A stretch of DNA of 64,000 nucleotides from Ranitomeya imitator. Its lineage: Eukaryota. This document shows positions 11,922-23,199 of this stretch, one piece after another. The translations under genes were made by a program, and so were the position numbers. The notes beneath the pieces are model-generated. The model was not told the origin of the DNA, ran no database searches, and worked only from the letters and a program-made list of their open reading frames with translations. Every line of letters starts with the position of its first letter. Positions within the stretch are counted from its first letter, which is position 1. The stretch spans positions 220,162,001 through 220,226,000 of the forward strand of contig NC_091287.1 in the NCBI RefSeq assembly GCF_032444005.1, read 5' to 3'.

Positions 11922-12926
11922 TAAGAAGGGCACAATTCTTCATTTGCATTTTTATTCTTCCCCCATGACTGCATCACGGAGAGAGGGGATCCGCTCTTCA
12001 AGGACAGGAAACCTACAGATAAAAAGGGCGGTACCTCTCTCCCGCATCAGGCATTAGTTGATTTCCTGTACTTGATGGGGGACCTACAGTCGACGTACCT
12101 ACAAAGGAGGCATACCTGGGTGCCAGAAGAGATCATCGTGGGATGCCAGGCCCCACCAGACCGATCCAGGCATCAGGGGTTCCTTGCCACGGCTGTCGCG
12201 GTGTCCTGAGGTGCCACCGCCGGGGTCAGCAGTTTAGAGGATGGAGAGGGACTCGGATACATCCGAATCATCATCATCATCATCATCATCTTTATCCAGG
12301 GACTGGGAGTGTCCCTGGAAACAGCCTCGTCAAAGCAGTCATGGCCACCATCGGGCCCTTGTCCAAAAAGATCAGTTCAGGACATAATGTTTGGAGGACT
12401 TGAACAAAAAAATAGATCTTTCCCCTTAAATGAGAAAATCCAATCCCTAATTAAAAAAAGAGTGGAAGAAACCAGAGAGAAAGGTCTTTTTATCTCCAAA
12501 GAGGAAATATCCATTTGATGACCTGGCATTTTCTTCTTGGGAGAAGGCTTCAAAGTTTGACTTGGCAATTGCCAAGGCTTCCAAAAAGTTTTCCCTTCCC
12601 TTTGAGGACATTGAGGTATTGAAGGATCCCATGGGCAAAAAAGCGAATACCTTCCTGAAAGCTTGATGGGAGGCCGCCCAGGGGTGGGACTAAAACCTGC
12701 ATTAGCTGCCACTTGTACATGCAGGTCACTGACTGTCTGGCTAGACCATCTGGAATTGCAGCTGAGATAGAAAACCTCTAGTAACACTATACTGGACTCC
12801 ATCCCAGTAATGAAAGGAGCTGCTGCTTTCTTTGCTGATGCACCGGGGAATCAGTCAGACTGGCAGCCAGATCGGCAGTATCTTCTAATGCAGCCCGGCG
12901 AGTCCTCTGGCTTAAATGTTGGCCAG

Positions 12927-13482
12927 AAACTGATTCCCATAGGGAAAAATGATGTACTAGTCCATAAAATTACCATAAATCTTTATTTAGTACATTAAAA
13001 TACAAAAAGAGAAACATGAACCAGGTGCGTGTCAGTTGACAATAAGAAAACAAAAATTACACCAAGGGCCCCACCCCCACCGGTACCCCACCATAAGGTG
13101 CTAAACTATTACACCTTTTACCAGAGTAATCCTATAATAAACAATATTCCCATATCTATTATAAATCGTAGTTATGGTCCGCTGTACACAGTCCCTCTAG
13201 GAGAACCTGTATACATTATTATTGCACCTCCTAGTACCGGCCCAAAGTACCTATCTCATCTAAACCGGCGCAAAGCGCCCGGTCACATTAGAATCCCCGG
13301 GGAGAATCTCCCTTCAGGGAATAGGGTCCGGTATCAGACATCAGGGGTGCCAACCTAACAGGCCTCTTTGCCAGGAGAAATAGCTCTGATACTTACATAA
13401 TTGCAAGGTGCACAGCAGGTGGGGAACCAGGGGGGGTGAGTGCCCGCCCCAACGCGCGTTTCGGTCCCGTCCTTCGTCAGGG
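12927..13482 (-). mobile_element. 556-bp Penelope-like (PLE) 3'/pLTR-type fragment inserted in DIRS gag
   Basis: Flanked by ggccag at 12921-12926 and 13483-13488; removing it restores gag WLKCWPGDLQ. On the minus strand it has a hammerhead motif at the 5' end and AATAAA near the 3' end (~12985). The PLE assignment is inferred from the hammerhead type. Confidence 0.7.
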
Positions 13483-13485
13483 GGC
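13446..13485 (-). ncRNA. Minimal type I hammerhead ribozyme motif
   Basis: Minus strand: GCCCC CUGACGA A GG-acggga-CC GAAA C-GCGC-G UU GGGGC. Core, 5-bp stem I, short stem II and a palindromic stem III loop are all present. Confidence 0.75.
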
Positions 13486-14662
13486 CAGGAGATCTCCAGA
13501 CAAAGTCAAGAGTATGCTCCATTCCTTGTGAGGGTGACTTCTGTTTCACCTTATGCTTGATGATATTTTGGATAAAGCGGGGGATAACAGAAAAAAGCTT
13601 CCTATCATCTCCAGAAGCTCTTACAGGAAATCCTTTCGGAGTAGGAAATTTATCCGGAGGAAGCCCCCCAGGAACCAGGATAAGTGGGAGGATAGAAGGG
13701 GAAAACCAAGGCTTTCTTGTTCAACAGGCCCCCCCCTCAGTGAAAACCAGAAGACATCCTAATCAGGGTTTTCCCCAGGTGGGGGGAAGTTATCTCTTTA
13801 TGTTCCAGCCTGGGAAAAAAAACGGTTGAGATTCACACCCACATGGTTCGTGCTGAAGTTTGTACCATCTATGTTACAAGTTTGTGAATTAAGAAATTTT
13901 ATCTTCACGGATTCGGTGGAGCTGGACATTTTTCTTCTTCAAAATTACATGGTTCATGAATTCTCTTTATTTTTGTCTTCAACCATTTTGTGACTTGGCA
14001 GATCACACAAATAAGATGACTTTCAATTTGTAAAAGTTTCAGACTCGCAAAATGTTACTCTGTGCGACTGCAGTACATTTCTGGAAAAAATTATCAACAT
14101 TTCAAAAAGTCACAACTGATGGATCAGCGACAAACCTCTGATTACCAAGAAAGAAAACCCAAAATAGTGAACTTGCAAAAAAGGAGCCAATTAAAAGAAT
14201 TTGGGGCAAGTAAAAACCAGCTTAAAATAGGGAGAACTAAACAAAAAGAAGGTACACATGTAATAATAAAATGGGTCCATGTTTTCTTTTTTATTTATTT
14301 TAACTGATTGGAAAAAATTGCAGTAACAGACATGGAAAAACTATGACATAAGACGGGGGTCATCTTATACGCCCAGTCATCTTAGGCTATGTGCACACAT
14401 TGCAGATTTTCCAGCTTTTTTTTCTGCACTAAAATCTGCAGCTCATAACAGAAAACGCAGGTGCGTTTTTGGTGCGTTTTTGGTGCGTTTTTGGTGCGTT
14501 TTTCAGTGCGTTTTTTAGTGCGTTTTTTAGTGCAGATTGTCTGCGTTTTTTACCTAAATAAAGCTCTGGAAACTTGACAAACTTCAGTTACAAAAAAAAA
14601 AAAATAATGATGTCATTTCCTTGTCCATCCCCTTCTTCTTTCATCCTCCATTTTGTGCAAAC

Positions 14663-16350
14663 ATGAGTGGAAGTTACCAAAATATGCCGCAGGTACACGT
14701 CCGCAGGCCGCACCGGATACTTATGCTGGGGTTGCTGCTGCAAATCTTGAATATGCATAGACAGCAGGTAAGCTGAAGTGCATTTTTTTTTTTTTTTACG
14801 CTACACATATTCTACAGCGCTTTACCGACATCTTGATTTTTCTTAATTTTCACAGTGTTGTGTTGTAAAAAAAATGTATTTTTTTTTATTTTAGAGGCAG
14901 CAGCAGGAGAGAAGACGGAAAAGACTGTGGGTGCACCCGCTTGTTGCAGAACGTACACAAAAAGGCCACTGTTATGTGCTTTATAATGATTTGCGGAAGT
15001 AAGTAGAAATTCATGAAAATACAAAGTAATGTTTTTCCACAAATGTTATGATATGTTATGTAACATTTTTTTTTTTTTTACATTTTCAGATACCCGGAAA
15101 AGTTCGTTTCATTTTGCCGTCTGCCAATCCTGGAGTTCGACCAACTTCTGGCAATAGTTTCCCCCCATCTCACACTGCAAGACACTTTTATGAGGAAGGC
15201 CATCTCTGCTGAGGAAAGGCTGCTCATCACCTTGCGGTAAGTAAATAATTTTTGGGTTGAATGTTATTAGGGCTCTTTCACATGTCCGTGTGTCTGGTAT
15301 GTGTGATGAAAGTTTTCACATGTCTCGGAGACACTGACAAACTAATAAAGGTACCGTCACATTTAGCGACGCTGCAGCGATCTAGACAACGATGTCCATC
15401 GCTGCAGCGTCGCTGTGTGGTCGTTGGAGAGCTGTCACACAGACCGCTCTCCAGTGACCAATGATGCCGAAGTCCCCGAGTAACCAGGGTAAACATCGGG
15501 TTACTAAGCGCAGGGCCATGCTTAGTAACCCGATGTTTACCCTAGTTACCATTGTATAATTGTAAAAAAAAAAAAAAAAACATTCCTGTCGCGTCCCGCA
15601 GCGTCAGCTTCCCTGCAGTAAGTGCGCTGGACGGAAAGCAGAGCGGTGACATCACCACTGTGCTCTGCTTTATGGGCAAATACTTTACGGGCAAATGCTT
15701 TACCGGAAATATCATGTTTATAACACGCCAGGAAAATGTAAACATTTTTGTGTGCTACCAGATGTGCCCACTGTATTTTATGCCTTATCTACAGAATTCT
15801 ATAATTTGGGCCCTGGGTCAGTGGAGATACATCATACCCGTGTGTGTGTTTTGTAATGTTATCCCATCTTGCTGTGTCCAGTTTGTGCGCCTCCCTTCTT
15901 GCGATACCTCTCTTCTGCGCAGATGTACTTTCTGGTCCTGATGAGGATAGAGCAAAGTGCGCAGATGTGCATGCGCTGGGCCTGTCTCCTTTTCTTGCCT
16001 TCGCTCACTGCAGGACTTACTTCTGCCCTCAACAGGCCGGATTAGTGCGTTGAAGGAAGTAGGAGGGTGGTGTCGTTGGCTAAACATTGGAGTGGCTGGA
16101 CACGGACCTGCAAGTCCCTTCTGATGTGACTGGTGGTTTATTTATTGATACCCTTGTGTTGTGCCGTGTTACTAAGGGCAGCATTATAGAATACTTTAGA
16201 TAAAACATGAAAGGGGCTGAACACATATTATAGCGCCCATAACTGCTGACATGTTTTATTGTATTTTTGTGTGACATTTCTAATATTCATTTTTGTTTCT
16301 TTGCAGATTTTTGGCCACAGGAGAGAATTCAACATCGATATTCAATTTTG
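14663..16350 (+). pseudogene. Harbinger A DDE nuclease: exons 14663-14767, 14895-14998, 15090-15236, 16307 onward; catalytic part deleted
   Basis: GT-AG splicing gives an open frame ...RRRKRLWVHPL...DTFMRKAISAEERLLITLR|FLATGE, which then runs into AT-rich UTR-like sequence with no DDE motifs. Confidence 0.88.
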
Positions 16351-16721
16351 TTTGTTGTATTTTTTTGGGGAACAAAATAATTTGTAATTTTTATTTATGG
16401 TTAATAAAAAAATTCTTATTTTAATTTGGTTGTTTTTGGATTGAATAAGTATTGTATATATAAAATTCTTAACTAAGAATTATTCTCCATCCCATTGTCC
16501 AGTGCGCATACAGCCATCACACTATGTCCATCCCATAGTCCAGCCCCCATATAGCCATGACACCGTACACCTGTCAGCTAAGTATGTAAAGTATCTAAAA
16601 ATCAGAGATGACATTTGATCAACATTAATTTATTTAACAAGCAACTAAATTTTTCCAAACACTTGAGAAAAATTTTTTCAATATGAAAAACTGAACTAAC
16701 TTTTTCAAAAACAATTGCATC

Positions 16722-19700
16722 TTAATGCAAGTAGGTGTATTCCTGGGAACACCCATATGAGCTACTTGTGTCAGTCATGAAAGATTGACTTGCTGATGGT
16801 CCCAGGCTTGTGTTTCCTCCTCCAGAAAAATTCTGTGCCGGTTGGGTGTAGGAAGACACTCTATAGTGCGGTTCACTGGGTTTCGGTCGTGGGCGAAAGA
16901 GTCCGAAAACCCCCGTCAAAACCTTCTCGTATGACTCAATTGGAGCAGGGTCCTCCAGAGCGGTGAGGGATGTTTGGCACAGAGACATGAAGAGAGACTG
17001 CCTATCCGGTGGCAGTGAGCGTGCCTTTCGGGCAATGGTCAATGCAAAAAAGTCACACTGGTCCTCACTTGAGGATTGTTTCAGTAAATCAAGTGTGTCA
17101 CTGGCCATCTTCTCAGTTTTATCCTCATTTTTTTTTTTTTTTTTTTTAATGGACTCTCCTGCCACCGGATAGGGAGCTCTCTTCTCTGTTACCACAGCTT
17201 CTGACGAACCAGATGATCCAACAGCTGCTGCAGTTGATGTGCCTGCAGCAGCTGCTGGACATGCGGCCTCAGCAGAAGCTGTGGTAAGAGATGGAAAAAT
17301 TGTCCCTCCCGCTCCCGAGGAAGTGCCTGCTCCATCAGTGCCTGCTCCATCTTCGGAGTGGTCATCCACAGGAGGCGGGTTGGAAAGGTTTCCCTCAGTC
17401 CTGTGTGAGAAAAGGAAAAAAATTATTAATCATGACCGCTGCGGAGGAGCAACATTTTAGGAACAGCATAAAGGCCGATTACTCCTAAACGCAGTTAATT
17501 TTTTTGCATGTGTGCTGATAATGCATGTTTTGATTTAACACATGCGTTATCACAACATGCTAGCCAAACAATGTGCTAGTTATCTTGCGCAGTCAAAGTG
17601 CCAACACAAGATAAATAGACACGGTGTAGTGCCATACCTCTCACAACTCCATCTGTTGAATCATAGCGCAGACAGGATTTTGGAAAATGCTCTCTTCACT
17701 ATGGTATAAATTCTGGATGCTGTGTATTGAACGCTGCGGCAGGACACAGGGTTCAATACGCAGTCAACTGTGCTACACCACATGGCAACATTGATGAGGC
17801 TACATATATATTAGTGGTTTATAACCTACCTCCGCAAAGTCCGGCTTGTGAGCAGGAACTGCAGTTCATCGTAAAAAGGAAAGGTTATTCGACTTGGAGA
17901 AGATCCACTCCGGTCACATGTATTGATGAATTTATTGTACCGGTCACGAACTGACCTCCATCTCTGCTTGACATTTTTTTCTAAGAAACAAAAAAATATA
18001 TATATATTTTTCAAAGTAAATGTATCATAAACTCTAATAATAATAATATTAATAATAATCGGTAACAATATAATTACCAATTTCCAATTGGTTTGCAATG
18101 GACAGGGAATCCCACTCCGGATAGAGGTCCCTCACAATCTTGGTCCAGCAATGGTCTCGGAAATATTTGTCCTTGTAGGACACATCAGCGGCATCCCATA
18201 TACAAGGTATATCGCGAACCTACAATGAATAGAATAGTGTCATTACATACTATATCCAAATGATAAGTAATCTAAAAGGGAACCTGTCACCCCCAAAATG
18301 GGAACTGTAGATAAGCCCTCCATGTTTCCTCTAAGATGATCAAAAGAGGTTAGATTATAGTGACACAGGGGCGGTAACGGACCGATGGGCGTTGCTGTCC
18401 GGTCCATCCTCTCCCATCTTGTTGTTATGATGTCCTCTTGTATTCACACTGCGGCTCCTGCGCAGGCGTACTTTGTCTGCCCTGTTGAGGGCATTACGTT
18501 GCATTACTGCAGTACGTTGCTGTGCCCTCACCAGGGAGATGAGCCACAGCGTGAATACAAGAGGACGTCATCATAAGAAGATGGGAGGGGCTGTACCAGA
18601 CCGCCACGCTCATTGGACCGGTACCGACCCTGGGTGAGTATAATCTAACCTCTTTTAATCATCTTTGAGGATACATCGGGGGCTTATCTACAGTATACCA
18701 GAATGGGTAGATAAGCCCCTGATGCCGGTGGGCTAAGCTCAACTTCCATGTTGGAGTTAAGAGGTTTCCTTACAGCACAAATGTTTAAAAATTTGACATT
18801 GCATTTCACACGTCAGTGGCTCCGGTACGTGAGGTGACAGTTTTATCACGTACCTGAGACACTGACTCACGTAGACACTTTAAAATCAATGTATCTCTAC
18901 AGATGTCAGCGTGTTTTCAAGGACCGTGTGTCCGTTTTCAAAACACGGAGACATGTCAGTGTTTGTGGGAGCGCACGGATTACACGGACCCATTAAAGTC
19001 AATGGGTCCGTGTAAACACGTACCGCACACGGATGTTGTCTGTGTGCCATCCGTGTGCATTTTTTCTGTCATAGTGTTAACATTGAAAAAATTGTTGCAA
19101 TGCAAGGACACAGACACAAAAGCAGACACACGGACATCACACGGATCCCTCCAAAATAAAAATACGTAGGGTCCCCCTATATTTTTAGGCCTGAAAGGCT
19201 AGGCAGACAGCCGTGGGCACCCTAACCCTAAAGGGATCCTACCCCTAACCCTACCCCTAAAGGGATCCTAACCCTAAAGGGATCCTACCCCTAAAGGGAT
19301 CCTAACCCTACCCCTAAAGGGATCCTAACCCTACCCCTAACCCTAAAGGGATCCTAACCCTACCCCTAACCCTAAAGGGATCCTAACCCTACCCCTAACC
19401 CTAACCCTAAAGGGATCCTAACCCTAACCCTAAAGGGATCCTAACCCTAACCCTACCCCTACCCCTAAAGGGATCCTAACCCTAACCCTACCCCTAAAGG
19501 GATCCTAACCCTACCCCTAACCCTAAAGGGATCCTAACCCTACCCCTAACCCTAAAGGGATCCTAACCCTACCCCTAACCCTAAAGGGATCCTAACCCTA
19601 CCCCTAACCCTAAAGGGATCCTAACCCTACCCCTAACCCTAAAGGGATCCTAACCCTACCCCTAACCCTAAAGGGATCCTAACCCTACCCCTAACCCTAA

Positions 19701-22335
19701 AGGGATCCTAACCCTACCCCTACCCCTAATCCTAACCCTAACCCTAAAGGGATCCTAACCCTAACCCTAACCCTACCCCTACCCCTAAAGGGATCCTAAC
19801 CCTACCCCTAAAGGGATCCTAACCCTACCCCTAACCCTAAAGGGATCCTAACCCTACCCCTAACCCTAAAGGGATCCTAACCCTACCCCTAACCCTAAAG
19901 GGATCCTAACCCTACCCCTAACCCTAAAGGGATCCTAACCCTACCCCTACCCCTACCCCTAACCCTAAAGGGATCCTAACCCTAACCCTAAAGGGATCCT
20001 AACCCTAACCCTACCCCTAAAGGGATCCTAACCCTACCCCTAACCCTAAAGGGATCCTAACCCTACCCCTAACCCTAAAGGGATCCTACCCCTACCCCTA
20101 CCCCTAACCCTAAAGGGATCCTAACCCTAACCCTAAAGGGATCCTAACCCTAACCCTAACCCTACCCCTACCCCTAAAGGGATCCTAACCCTAACCCTAC
20201 CCCTAAAGGGATCCTAACCCTACCCCTAACCCTAAAGGGATCCTAACCCTACCCCTAACCCTAAAGGGATCCTAACCCTACCCCTAACCCTAAAGGGATC
20301 CTAACCCTACCCCTAACCCTAAAGGGATCCTAACCCTACCCCTACCCCTACCCCTAACCCTAAAGGGATCCTAACCCTAACCCTAAAGGGATCCTAACCC
20401 TAACCCTACCCCTAAAGGGATCCTAACCCTACCCCTAACCCTAAAGGGATCCTAACCCTACCCCTAACCCTAAAGGGATCCTAACCCTAACCCTAAAGGG
20501 ATCCTAGGGTTAATGATAGGGTTGCTATTGTAAGGTGGCATTAAGCACGGTTAATAATGGAGAGGCGTCAATAAGACGCCTATCCATTATTAATCCTATT
20601 AAAGGGTTACTATAATATATGTGGACCCCCTAAAAAAAAATACATAGGGTCCCCCTATATTTTTAGGCCAGAAAGGCTAGGCAGACAGCCGTGGGCCAAT
20701 ATTTGAGGCCCGGGAAGGGGTTAAAATACCCATGGCTGTTCCCAGGCTATGAATATTAACCCACAGCTGTCTGCGTAGCCTTTCTGGCCCTAAAATATAG
20801 GGGGCCCCCAAAAAAAAAAGTGTTGGGGTCCCCCTATATTTTTAGGCCAGAAAGGCTAGGCAGACAGCCGTGGGCCAATATTTGAGGCCCGGGAAGGGGT
20901 TAAAATACCCATGGCTGTTCCCAGGCTATGAATATTAACCCACAGCTGTCTGCGTAGCCTTTCTGGCCCTAAAATATAGGGGGCCCCAAAAAAAAAAAGT
21001 GTTGGGGTCCCCCTATATTTTTAGGCCAGAAAGGCTAGGCAGACAGCCGTGGGCCAATATTTGAGGCCCGGGAAGGGGTTAAAATACCCATGGCTGTTCC
21101 CAGGCTATGAATATTAACCCACAGCTGTCTGCGTAGCCTTTCTGGCCCTAAAATATAGGGGGCCCCAAAAAAAAAGTGTTGGGGTCCCCCTATATTTTTA
21201 GGCCAGAAAGGCTACGCAGACAGCCGTGGGCTTATATTCATAGCCTAGGAAAGGGGCCATAGATATTTGCCCCCCCCTGGCTACAAATATAAGCCCGCAG
21301 CCGCCCCGGAAAAGGCGCATCAAAAAGATGCGCCAATTCCGGCACTTAGCCCCTCTCTTCCCACTCCCGTGTAGCGGTGGGATATGGGGTAATAAGGGGT
21401 TAATGCCACCTTGCTATTGTAAGGTGGCATTAAGCCCGGTTAATAATGGAGAGGCGTCAATAAGACGCCTATCCATTATTAAGCCAATGAAAGGGTTAAA
21501 AAAAAGACAAACACTTTTTGACCATAATTTATTGCACGCTTAAATCCGTCCTGAAGACCCTCGACCTGAAAAAAAAGGCAAAACAAAAAAACAAATTCAT
21601 ACTCCCTGGCCCTGTCCGCAGAAATCCATCGAGGGTCCCACGAAGATCTTCCATGGAGAACAGACACATCCAGAGATGTGTCTGCTCTCCATGGCTGCAG
21701 CAACACACTGACAGGAGCCATAGTTCCTGTCGGTGTGTTACTGCGCATGCGCGAGCGAGTTTACCGGCGGTCATTGACCCCGGCACTCTCGCTTACCGGC
21801 AGTGCTGCGTGGGAAAGTTCAACGCAGCTGTACTGCCGGTAACCGAGACGCCGGCGCCATTGAGCTCCGGGACAGTACGCGATACACTGCTAGGAGCTTC
21901 GCTCCTGGCAGTGTATCACCGGAGAGCAGCCGATCGTCGTGGGACAATCGTTTTATGGATTCTGCGGACAGGGAGTATGGATTTGGTTTATTATTTTTGG
22001 ATTTTTTTTCTATGGACGAGGGCTTCGCCTACAAGTGTGGTGTTGGTGAGTATATACTCTATGTTTTATGTACTGTGTGTCATGTATGTCACGTTTATTG
22101 TGTGTGTATTGTGTGTGATGTGTGATGTGTTTTGTTTTACCGTACAATTGTGCTAAAGTCGCCGGACACAGGGACAACTCTCCCATCCTAATATCGGATG
22201 GGAGTAGTAGTCCCATACGGTGATTTAACACAATTGGGTGGCACTATCGTCGCATGGGGACACACATATACACATACATACCAAATCGATCAAGCGACCG
22301 ACATCGATCCCCATGCGACGATATGCCTCCATCAT
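16722..22335 (-). CDS. Harbinger A MADF/Myb-SANT-like DNA-binding protein, 341 aa, four exons (22335-22282, 18219-18078, 17980-17830, 17400-16722)
   Basis: All junctions are GT-AG and in frame (54+142+151+679 = 1026 nt). Product MMEAYRRMGIDVGRLIDL|VRDIPCIWD...WTKIV...|EKNVKQRWRSVRDRY..., with a C-terminal BESS-like helix (DFFALTIARKARSLP). Confidence 0.85.
19220..20506. repeat. Telomere-like satellite (major unit 29 bp: ccctaa agggat cctaa ccctac ccctaa)
   Basis: Directly visible array of CCCTAA/CCCTAC hexamers punctuated by agggatcc. Confidence 0.97.
20649..21240. repeat. Tandem 177-179-bp repeats (3 full + partial), each a long hairpin
   Basis: Units start at 20649, 20828, 21007 and 21184. 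Each has ~45-bp inverted arms ccccctatat...cagccgtggg / cccacagctg...atataggggg. Confidence 0.95.
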
Positions 22336-22715
22336 GACAGCCACACTCCGCCCACGCACTTCCGCCCACGCACTTCCTCCTGCTTCCCCGCACTTCCGGC
22401 TGTAGCGGTTTCTGCACCACCAAACCGCAGAAAACCCGCAGATATTTTTTCATCTGCGGGTTTTACTGCGGGTTTGACCCTCACAATGGAGGTCAATGGG
22501 TGCAGAACCGCTGCAGTTCCGCAAAAAGAAGTGACATGCTGCGGAATGAAAACCGCTGCGTTTCTGCGCGGTTTTTCCCGCAGCATGTGCACAGCGGTTT
22601 GCGGTTTCCATAGGTTTACATGGAAATGTAAACGCTGTGGAAACTGCAGCGGACCCGCAGCGGCAAAATCGCTGCGGTTCCGCGGTAAAAACCGCAACGT
22701 GTGAATATAGCCTTA

Positions 22716-23060
22716 TACGGCATGTGGTTCCCAGGGTCTGGAGGAGAGGCCCGCGACGTCACTGAAGGTCCTTCACTCACCGCATTCTAAGGAACAGAGG
22801 GAGACGCTTGCAGCGCTGTGATCCAGGGCCCGTCCGAGGGTGAGTATATCCATGTTTTTTATTTTTATCCTTTAATTTTTAACATGAATATGGATCCCAG
22901 GGCCTGAAGGAGAGTCTCCTCTCCTCCAGACCCTGGGAACCACACGCCGAAATGCAGGATCGCTCCCTGCACACGCTGTACCCGGCGTATAAGACGACCC
23001 TCGACTTTTGGGACAAGTTTTAGGGGTCAAAAAGTCGTCTTATACGCCGGGAAATACGGT
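22716..23060. mobile_element. Right part of a ccgtatt-terminal non-autonomous DNA transposon (probably Tc1/pogo-type), split by Harbinger A (left remnant ~14345-14381)
   Basis: Repeated gtcttatacg motifs on both sides of Harbinger A. Terminus aaatacggt. Confidence 0.55.
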
Positions 23061-23077
23061 GTGTATGTATATGTGTG

Positions 23078-23113
<36 letters not shown>

Positions 23114-23199
23114 CACACACACCGTATTTCCCGGCGTATAAGACGACTTTTTGACCCCTAAAACTTGTCCCAAAAATTATATATATAATCAGTCCATCA

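Larger units (their letters stand above)
11951..13850 (+). mobile_element. Truncated, internally deleted DIRS1-like element (second subfamily)
   Basis: Left end tttatt..ccatgactgcatcacggagagaggggatccgc..ggaaacctacagata resembles the ITR at 3345. Gag remnants (WLKCWP..GDLQTKSRVCSIPCEG) and the start of pol are present, with no YR or right ITR. Confidence 0.88.
14385..22712. mobile_element. PIF/Harbinger element A (internally deleted nuclease, intact MADF gene)
   Basis: TTA target duplication (14382-14384, 22713-22715). Termini ggctatgtgcacacattgc / gcaacgtgtgaatatagcc. Convergent nuclease (+) and MADF (-) genes. Confidence 0.93.

Noticed and set aside
19220-20506. A true telomere or chromosome-fusion scar
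   Set aside because: The array is single-orientation, regularly interrupted by non-telomeric agggat, and embedded in a transposon intron, with no head-to-head TTAGGG/CCCTAA junction.
21518-22704. ORFs of 212, 168 and 121 aa near the right end of Harbinger A
   Set aside because: They overlap inverted-repeat and subterminal repeat sequence and have no domain. The only supported coding piece here is the 54-nt MADF first exon.
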